Source of the DNA: Verrucomicrobiota bacterium
Lineage (GTDB): Bacteria; Verrucomicrobiota; Verrucomicrobiia; Limisphaerales; Palsa-1400
Length of the DNA stretch: 32,152 nucleotides
Reading direction: 5' to 3'
NCBI GenBank assembly: GCA_049510745.1
Contig: JBEKYR010000052.1
Location: 1-32,152, forward strand
The notes beneath the pieces were generated by a model that was not told where the DNA came from, did no database searches, and was given only the letters and a program-made list of their open reading frames with translations. Positions 1 through 8,700 of this stretch are shown piece after piece (position 1 is the first letter of the stretch; each line of letters opens with the position of its first letter). A program made the translations under genes and the position numbers.

Positions 1-293
1 GGCCAGATGGCAAGCGAAAAAGAAAATCCTCTGCCAATGCGAAAGTGCCCCTCCCGATCTTAACCCCTTGATTCTTATGGCATAAGGTAAAAACCGCTAA
101 ATCAACTTACGAAATCGATGGGAAGAAGGCAGAAGGAAGAAGTCCGAAAGGCACAGTGGGCCCAAAGCCGGGGCGCTGACGGAGCGCCTGGAGCCGAACC
201 CTGCCCTGCCCGATGTGATGAGCATTTCATCGATGGATGTTATACCACAGGATTATGTATGATGGCAAGGACTTTTTCAGGAGAAGAGGATTA

Positions 294-542
294 GCCGCAG
301 AGAACGCATAGAGCACACAGAGAAGGGGTTATGGAGTTTTTGGCCGCAGGCCCGAAAGTTTTCGGGGTGCAAAATGGGAATGACGCAGAAAATGAATGTC
401 GGATTTTAAAGGCTGTGGGAGGGATGTTGACCACGAAAGGCGCAGAATACACGAAAAAGGGGGATCGGGTTTGCCGCAAAGAGCGCAAAGAGAAGGACTT
501 ATGGAGTTTTTGGCGGCAGCCCCGAAAGCTTGCGGGGTGCAA
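294..542. repeat. Two copies of a ~45-75 bp direct repeat containing a CCCGAAA-NN-TTTCGGG hairpin (REP-like)
   Basis: TTATGGAGTTTTTGGCCGCAGGCCCGAAAGTTTTCGGGGTGCAA at 329-372 and TTATGGAGTTTTTGGCGGCAGCCCCGAAAGCTTGCGGGGTGCAA at 499-542, 170 bp apart. Each is preceded by a GCCGCA(G/A)AGA..AGAGAAGG tract. Confidence 0.85.
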
Positions 543-641
543 GACACGGATTGGTTGAAGCATGGATGTGTGGAGTTGGTGGACGGACAGGGACAAACAC
601 GGACGGACAGGGACGGCGGAGGTCAGAGGTCAGAGGAAACA

Positions 642-704
642 AAAGCTGAAACCTGAAAGCTGAAACCTGAAAGCAGAAAGCGGAAAGTTGAAAGCGGAAA
701 GCTG
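642..704. repeat. Heptamer tandem repeat, 9 copies, consensus AAAGCTG
   Basis: aaagctg aaacctg aaagctg aaacctg aaagcag aaagcgg aaagttg aaagcgg aaagctg, read directly. An adjacent GAGGTCA heptamer run lies at ~619-636. Confidence 0.95.
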
Positions 705-798
705 GCGGGTGAGAGGTCAGTGGACGCGGGGCACTTGGCGTCTCTGCGTCTTTGCGTGAGAAGTGAATCGGGCTGAATCGTGCTAAATCGCGGCAAAC

Positions 799-2010
799 TC
801 AGAGGTGGGAGGAGACGTCCGCCGGCGGTTTGGACTCGCGCGATTTGGGCGCGTGATGGGGCGAGGCTTCCCGCAATCGGGCAATCACCCGCGGCAGGTG
901 GCTTAAAACGTAATCGACCTCGTCTTCCGTGTTGTAAATGCCCAGGCTGAACCGGACGCAGCCCTTGGCCCGCGCGGGCTTGAGGCCCATCGCGGTCAAG
1001 ACGTGGGATGGGTTGAGCGAGCCGGTGGTGCATGCCGAGCCGCTGGAGACGCATATCCCCAGGTGGTCCAACGCCATCAAAATGCCCTCCGCTTCGACGA
1101 ACTCGAAGGCGATGTTGCTGGTGTTGGGCAGGCGCGGTTCTTTCGGACCGGTGCGGATGGTGTTGGGAATGGTCCGCAAAATCGTGCTTTCCAGCCGGTC
1201 CCGCAACGCCCGCACCCGCGTGTTCTCCTCCTCCAAATGCGCCGCGGCCAATTCCGCCGCCCGCCCGAAGGCCACGATGCTGGCGGCGTTTTCCGTCCCG
1301 CCCCGCTTGCCGCGCTCCTGGTGCCCGCCGATGATATAAGGCTGGAATTTCGCGCGGCGTTTGACAAACAACAAGCCAATCCCCTTGGGCGCGTGCAGCT
1401 TGTGCGCCGAAAGGGTCAGAAAATCCACCCCCAGCGCTTTGACGTCGATCTTCAATTTCCCCGGCACCTGGGTGGCGTCGGTGTGGAATGGGACATTGCG
1501 GCTGCGGCAAATGGCGGCGATCTCCTCGATGGGAAAGAGCAGGCCGGTTTCATTGTTGGCCCACATGACCGAGACGATCGCCGTGTCGGGGCGGATCGAC
1601 TGGTCGAGCAAGTGCAAGTCCAACATGCCGTCGGCATCGACCGGGAGCAGGGTGACCTCGACGCCCTGCGCGCGCAACACCTCGCAATGCTTGATGATGG
1701 CGGAGTGCTCGACGGCGGTGGTGATGAGGTGGCGTTTGCCCGGCTGGGTGGCCAGGGCGCTCTGCAAGACGGCGTTGTTGCTCTCGGTGCCGCAACTGGT
1801 GAAGACCAGTTCCTTGGGATCGGCATTGAGCAGCGCCGCCACCTGGGCGCGGGCCTCCTCGATCTGGCGGGCCACCTGGCTGCCGAACCGGTAGGCGCTC
1901 GAGGGATTTCCCCAATGATCCCGCAAAAGCGGGACCATCGCGTCCACCACTTCCGGCGCGACGCGCGTGGTGGCGTTATTGTCGAAATAATAGATTTTCC
2001 GGTCCGTCAT
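799..2010 (-). CDS. nifS: Cysteine desulfurase, NifS/IscS class (PLP-dependent)
   Basis: YFDNNATT N-terminus, SCGTESNN, FHTDATQ, PLP-lysine motif LSAHKLHAPKG, catalytic Cys in SSGSACTTGSLNPSHVL; 403 aa. The DNNATT form favours NifS over IscS. No nifU/iscU is adjacent. Confidence 0.93.
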   Translation of the reverse strand: MTDRKIYYFDNNATTRVAPEVVDAMVPLLRDHWGNPSSAYRFGSQVARQIEEARAQVAALLNADPKELVFTSCGTESNNAVLQSALATQPGKRHLITTAVEHSAIIKHCEVLRAQGVEVTLLPVDADGMLDLHLLDQSIRPDTAIVSVMWANNETGLLFPIEEIAAICRSRNVPFHTDATQVPGKLKIDVKALGVDFLTLSAHKLHAPKGIGLLFVKRRAKFQPYIIGGHQERGKRGGTENAASIVAFGRAAELAAAHLEEENTRVRALRDRLESTILRTIPNTIRTGPKEPRLPNTSNIAFEFVEAEGILMALDHLGICVSSGSACTTGSLNPSHVLTAMGLKPARAKGCVRFSLGIYNTEDEVDYVLSHLPRVIARLREASPHHAPKSRESKPPADVSSHL

Positions 2011-2101
2011 ATCGGCGGCCAGTGCGAAAAGGCGCTGGCACCCCGGTAATTTAAGGGCCGGAGAATAAAGCGCAAGCCGCGATCACGGTTTTGCCCGCAG
2101 C

Positions 2102-2129
2102 TTGACATTCGGCGGAGGTGGCGCACATT
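2102..2129 (+). promoter_or_regulatory. Putative sigma70 promoter for the flavodoxin gene
   Basis: TTGACA at 2102-2107, 16-bp spacer, CACATT at 2124-2129, ~50 bp before the ATG at 2181. Confidence 0.4.
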
Positions 2130-2180
2130 GCGGCGCGCGTTTCAAGCGCGGACAATTCCGTTAACCCAAAGAAAAAGACT

Positions 2181-2780
2181 ATGGCAAAAATCGCAATCGT
2201 TTATCACTCAAAATACGGACACACCAAACTCCAGGCGGAGGCCGTTTTCCGCGGGGCGCAGTCGGTGCCCTCGGTCACCGCCCAGCTTTACACGGCGGAA
2301 GAGGCCGCGGCGCGCCTGGACGAACTGGACTCGGCGGACGGCATCATTTTCGGCTGTCCCACCTACATGGGCAGCATGTCGGCGGGCATGAAGACCTTTA
2401 TCGAAGCCGCCGCCAAAAAGTGGTTCACGCTCGCCTGGAAAAACAAAGTGGCCGGCGCCTTTACCAACTCCAGTTCCTTCTCCGGCGACAAGCTGAACAC
2501 CCTGTTCGGCTTGGTCATCAACGCCATGCAGCACGGGATGATATATGTCGGCCTTGGGATGATGCCCTCCGCCAACAAACCGGAAGAGATGAACACCGTC
2601 GCCGGGCCTGGCCCCGAGGCGCACAACCGGGTCGGCTCGTTCGTCGGCCCGATGTCGGCGAGTTTCCAAGTCAATCCCCCCGGCGCGCCGCCGAAGGGAG
2701 ACATTGAAACCGCGGAAGCCTACGGCCATCGCGTGGCGGAGATAACTCTTCAGTTCGTCAACGGGAACCTACGGCGTTGA
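2181..2780 (+). CDS. WrbA-family flavodoxin / NAD(P)H:quinone oxidoreductase-like protein
   Basis: MAKIAIVYHSKYGHTK FMN phosphate loop, DGIIFGCPTYMGSMS, KVAGAFTNS, AMQHGMIYVG. ATG at 2181 preferred over the upstream GTG at 2118; 199 aa. Confidence 0.92.
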   Translation: MAKIAIVYHSKYGHTKLQAEAVFRGAQSVPSVTAQLYTAEEAAARLDELDSADGIIFGCPTYMGSMSAGMKTFIEAAAKKWFTLAWKNKVAGAFTNSSSFSGDKLNTLFGLVINAMQHGMIYVGLGMMPSANKPEEMNTVAGPGPEAHNRVGSFVGPMSASFQVNPPGAPPKGDIETAEAYGHRVAEITLQFVNGNLRR

Positions 2781-5700
2781 GAGGCGGAAGAAGCGCGCTT
2801 TTTGCGACTGGACCGGCACGGCGTCGGTGTAGGAGGCCGTCGTCGAGGAGGCCGTGATATTGGTGACCAAGGCCCAATGGGTGAGATTGGTCGAAACGTC
2901 AATGGCATACGACTGCCCCGGATTGGCGCTCCAATACATGGTGAACCCGTTGGTCGGCGAGGTGATGCGCGCGGCCAGGAAAAGAGGCGCGCTGATGACA
3001 ATGCGATTGGTCACGGTCACGGCGGTGATCGTGTACTTGACCTCGTTGCTGCCGGTGTTCGGAACCGCCAAATACCAAATCCCGTCGAGGCTGGGCGCCG
3101 AGGCGTTGGTCCCGATCGCCACGAATTGAAGCTCCGTTCCGGGATTGAAGCTGCCGGAATAAGAGTTCGCCGGCGTGGGGAACGTCCCGTCGCCGACCAG
3201 CAACTGCGCGTTGGCTTGACCGCCAGTGTTGGTGACCGTGAACTCGACCCCTGCCGGATTGTTGGCCACGGTGAACGAATAGACAAGGTTGGTGGGGAAG
3301 CCCGGCACTTGATTGGTAGCGTATCCAACGCCGTCCGTCAGAGGAATCACCAGCATCGCGCCATTGGTCACGTAGGTCGCCAGGATTGTGTAGCCCGCGT
3401 TGGCCACGCCCGCAAAATTATAGACGGCCAGATACCAGGTCGTCGGGGCCGGCGGCAGCACTTCGTTGGTGGTCGCCGTCGGCAGCGGGACGGGCACGGA
3501 ATTGGTCGTCACGACGATGAATTGGTCGTTGGTGCCGGCGTTGCGGCTGTCGTAGTCAAAGTTCAACGGGCCGGGCACGGGCAACCCGTCGCGCGCAAAG
3601 AGGTCCAGTTCGGCGTTGGTCGTGTTGAGAATCTGGAAGGTGACCATGCTGGCGTTGCCGGGCACGACAAAGGAATAATACTGCGGGCCGGTGTTGCCGA
3701 TGTTGGTCGCAAAGAAGGCTCCGTTGGTAAGCGGAATGATGTTGTTCGAGGCGACATCGAAATTCACCTCCAGCGTATAGGGCACGTTGACCGATGCATT
3801 GTTTTGCACGCCCAGGAAATAGCGCCGGCCCGGCAGCAGCGGCGGCGGCGCCCCCTGGGTTGAAAGCGTGTTGGTTCCAGGCCCGTTCGCCGCGGTCACT
3901 CCGGCCAGCAACGTCATATCGCCCGGCAACCCGCCGGTGGGCAAGGCGCTTTGGTTGAAGAGCAGATTCAACTGATTGGTGCCGCCGGTCACGGTCAGAA
4001 TGTTGGTCGCGAAATTGGCCGTCGCGGGAACATCCACCCCAAAGTAGGTGATGTTGGTGTAGGTCCCTCCCGGGGCATTGGTGTAAGGAACGCCATTGGT
4101 CAGGACGACGAGGCTGACGTTGGTGGAGGAAATTGTCATCTGCAAGTCCCAGCTCAACAGCGCGCCGTTATTGGGCAGCGGCGAATCGCTGCGCGTGTCC
4201 CAAATTTGCAGCGTCCAGCAGCCTTGCGGATTCTCGCCGATGAAGGGCGTGAGCGGTTCCTCGGCCAGATAGTAATTGTTGTAGTTGGTGTTGGGCAGTT
4301 CGACCAATTGGATGTCATCGAAAAGCACGCTCAACGGGTTGCCCGCCAGTTCAATCGTCGTCTGGCTGTTGGTGGCGGTGAAGCTGTTGGTAAGGCCCTC
4401 CCACGGCCCGGCGAAATTGGTCAGAATCACGGTGTTGGTCGCAACGCCGTCAATGGAAAGCTGGAAATTGGGCAGCAGCGAGTTGGTGCTGTATTTGCCC
4501 CGGCTGCCGGCATTGCAGATCGCTCGGATTTCTGCGGGCGAGAGAGCGCGGTTGTAGAGCGAAGTCTCGTCAATAAGGCCGCCGAACATGTTCAGGTATG
4601 GCACCCAGGTGCCCGTCGTGCCAATGAACAGCGGTGTCGTGTCGTAATCCAACGCAAATCCCGGCGTCGCGGACGCCTCCGCCACGCCGTTGACGTAAAG
4701 GATGGATTGATTGCCGTCGTAGGTGGCGGCGACGTGATACCAGACGCCGCGTCGCGCAATCGTCTGGGAATTGATCACCACCTGATCGCCGTAGCGCGAG
4801 ACAACAAATTGGAAGCGGTCAGAGGAAGTCCCGTCACCGTTGTCAATGGTCTCTTTGTTGAGGCTGTAGCCTTCAAACCAGGCCGACCAGGTGTTCTTCT
4901 TGAACACGATCTGTTCGCCGCCGTTGTTGGAAGGCAGATTCGGATCGAGCAAGACCCACGCCTCGACGGTGACGTTGGCGGGCTTGAGTATGGGAGAATC
5001 AGGGACCTGGACATAGCCGTTGGTGCCGTCGAAACGGAAAGCTTGTCCCACCATGCCGGTGGCATAACTCGCACCACTCGGCGACAGTGTGCCGTTGTTG
5101 CCATTGAGTATGTCTTCGGCATTGTTGTCTCCCGGCCACCAATCGGTGATCTGCGGGGAACGGACGAAGTATTGCAGTTCGTAGGAGGCGCCGGGCATGG
5201 TCGTGAAGGTCTGGACAATCCGCCCGGTGGTCAGCGCCAGGAAATTGCTGCCGGCATGCGCGAAATTGGCGTGACTCACGATCCCAACCCGGTTGGTCAC
5301 GACAGTCCATCCGCCCACGACCTGGCCATTGGTGTAGGTGCCGTTGGTGTTGGCTTCGAAGCCGGTGTAGGCAATAAAGTTGGAGCCGGTGATGAAATTG
5401 GTCGAGGCGTAGGGCGGCGGGGCGAATTTGATGGGCACGGTGGCCAGATTGGTGTTCTCGGTGAAAACAGTATAAACGATATTGGTGGAGACGAGATTCG
5501 AATTCGCGGCGTTGGTGGAGAGCAAGGTCATGCCCAGGTTGGAGGCGTTCGTTCCGCCGCGGTTTTCAAACAGGAGCACACTGGTTCCCTGCGGACTGGT
5601 CAAATGCAGGACCAGATTGTCCAAATTGGTGTCGGCGATGCGCAGGCCGACTTGCAAGTCCACCAATTGCTGGCCCACCGGCTGCTGGCCGCTGGTGACG

Positions 5701-8700
5701 CAAATCTGGGAAGCGGTCGTGCCATCGGTGGTCAAGGGTGTGACCGTGTTGTTGCTGAAACTCTCGACCAGATTGGGCGTGAGGTTTTCCCGGAAAAAGA
5801 TGTAGTTGGTCAGCGTCACAGCCAGCGAGCCGAAGTTGTAGAGGCCATAATACCATCTGCCGCCGGTCAAGGGCGGGATGTTATTGGTTCCCAGAAGGAG
5901 ATAGCCGCCCGGAGGGACAATGCCGTTGCTGCCGAAATCGCCGGTGGAAACAGGGAGGGCGTTGGTCATATAGATGCCGATTGGCCCGCCGCTGGTCTGG
6001 CTTTCAAAGATGACCACATTGGTCAGATAAATGGCGTCGTTGGGAACATCCACATAGTTGAAATACGATCCTCCATTCGCCGCCAGGGCGACGGTGATCG
6101 GCCCGTCGAAGGGCGGTTTGGGAGACACCGTGACACTGAGAGCGGTGACGGTGCCGACGCCCCCCTGCGCATTGTCCACCTCGCTCAACTGCCATTCCCC
6201 GGCCGCCTGTTGTCCGATGAAATCCTGCAAACTCCCCGGCCCGTCGGAGGGCGTCAGGACGGCCAATGGATTCTCCGGCATATCGTCATAGGTGTTGGTG
6301 AATCCTGGCGCCGTGCCGGAGTGGTTGTTGAGAAAGACGGTTGCCGGGCTGGGCGGATGCATCAGGGTTCCGGCCAAATCACCCGGATTCTGATGCGCGA
6401 CCCCGTTTGCGACCACGACCTTGCGCACCGCGTAGGCGCCTTCAAAGGCTACAATGACCGTCACCTGGCCGGGAAAATCGTAGGAACCGTCCGGAATGAC
6501 CGCCGGAATGGGACTGCCATAATAGGTAACGTCGCCGGTCTGGGAGTTGACGCTGGAAAACGCATTTGATTGCGCCACCGCGTAAAATCCGAAGTCCGCC
6601 GCCTGCTGGTCCTCCGACTTGACGCCAATGAAATAAACCATGTTGGGCGGCTGGTTGCTGTAATAGATGAATTCGTTGCCGCCGCGGCCCAAGGACGTTC
6701 GGGCGCCGGCCAGGGCGGCGGGAGTCAGACTGAGCAGGCCGGGATCCGTGGACGCGTAGAGATCAATGTCCGCATCCGTATTGCGTGGCCGGGAGAGATT
6801 GGGCGGGTAGAACGTGGTCAACAAAATGTTGCTCCCAAATAGCTGGTCGTTCGTAAAGATGAAAAAGTGCCATTGGTTCGTGCCGCCGTTTGTCGCCCCC
6901 GCGGCGTAATTGTAAAGGTTCGGCTCATTGGCCCCGACGCGCTGGTGCAGCAACGGCTGGCCGCTTCTAACGACCGTAATCAGCGGGGTGAGCACGTTGG
7001 TGATCCCGTTGGTGGTGACGACCAGCGAGCCGGCCGGCGCGGTATCATCGCTTGAGACGACCAGCGCGAAATCCTGCTCGATTTGATTGGTCTGGGTCGT
7101 CACGGCGTCGACGTTGACCCGGGTGGCGTTGACCTTGATCGTGAGCGGAAATGAAATCGGCTGAAAATCCGTCGAGATATAAACGTTTTCGACGTTATTG
7201 ACGAAGTCGCTGGGCGCGGGATTGGTGGAACTGCTCGATTCCGTGAAGGTGTCGCCGGCGAGGAAATCGTTGCCGACATAGACGTTGGTCCCGCTGTTGT
7301 CCGTCACGGTCAAGTCCAGGTTGTTGACCAGGGCGATGCCCGCCGCCGGGTTGCCGGGCGGGTCGGTCCAGACCAGCGTCACGCGCAACGGGAAATTGGC
7401 CATGTTGACGTCGTTGGTGTTGATGGTATAGGTGCGATATTGGCCGGTGGAGAGAGCATTGGCCGGACTCTGGTCCGTGAACCAGAGGGAGGAGGAGCTG
7501 GCGTTGGTCATGGAAGCCGGGATGCTGTTCTGGAGGTTGACCAGGCCCCAGCCCTGTTCGTTGGCCACGCTGGACTGCATGTTGAAATCATAGACGCCGC
7601 CCAGGGAACGCGCGCCGTTAATGAGCAGCGCCTTGAGCAGCGCGGGGCTGGGATTTGGGTTGGCCGGGAAATTCGTCTGCAAAAACTGCTGCATCAGCGC
7701 CAGCACCCCCGACACGGCCGCGGCGGACATGCTTGTGCCGTTCTCATAACGGTAGTAAGGCCCCAACGTATGGTTCATGTTGCTCAACACCGTATAGTAA
7801 TTGCCCAGGGTGTTGGTCTGGTAGATGTAGATGTTCAAATCGTAGGAAACCGGTTGATTGGTGGGATTGATGATCGCCACGTACCAGTAGCCCGGAACCA
7901 GGTTGTTGGCGGTTGTCATCGGACTGGTCGATTCCGCGCCACCCGGCGGATTGTTCCGTCCGTTTTGGATCAGCAGCGGCGGGAATGGGCTGGGCGATTG
8001 CAGGTTCGCAACAAGCTGGACAGTGAGCGAAACGCTGTCCACCGGCAGAATAATCGGCAAAATGTTCGTCTTGCCAGGATTGACGATCTGGGCCGGCAGG
8101 TTGATATAATCCAGTATGTATTCGAGCGTCGGGTCCACGTAGTCGGCCGCCCGGCAGGAGACGGTGAAGACGCCCGGGGCGACGACATCCGGCTTGAAGC
8201 GCCCGAATTGCCCCTCGGACTGGATGCCCACGTTGCCGCAACTGGAAAAGAACGACACCAGGTTGCTGTTGTCGGTGGTGCCGTAAAACACGGCGTTGGA
8301 CGTCGAATTCGTCTGGGGCCAGTTGTAATCAACTTGGTTGGTGATGAAACGAGGGCTGTTAATGGAGCCGACGGTGATGACATTCTTGGCGGTGCCCGGC
8401 GAGGTAATGGTTCCTTCGAGTCCATCGGTGCCCGAACCCGATCCGTCCCCGCTGTTGCCGGCGGCGAAGACAAACAACATCGCCTGCTCGCCGGGCGTGG
8501 CCGGCTGCGCGTCACGCACGGCGGCGTCGTAGCTGGCAGCCGCCATGTCGTAGGCCATGCCCTGGTAATTCCAACTGTTGTTGGAAATAAAGCCGTTGGT
8601 GATTCCCGAGTGGCTGGCCGTCGCGTCCGTGATCAAGGCGGAGGAGGCGTTGCTTTGCAGATAGGCGTCGGAAATGAAGGGACCCAGCAGCAGGTCCAAT

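Noticed and set aside
1..290. Possible structured ncRNA or riboswitch (hairpin GGCGCT-GACGG-AGCGCC near 172-188)
   Set aside because: I could not recognise any family consensus. A covariance-model search would be needed.
294..704. Possible CRISPR array or small ORFs in the repeat region
   Set aside because: The longer repeat has only two copies, ~125 bp apart, with no regular spacers and no cas genes. The ORFs are translations of the repeats.
799..2010. Nitrogen fixation or DNA phosphorothioation (DndA) role for the desulfurase
   Set aside because: No nif, isc, suf, dnd or ssp genes are in the window. A general sulfur-donor role is the simplest reading.
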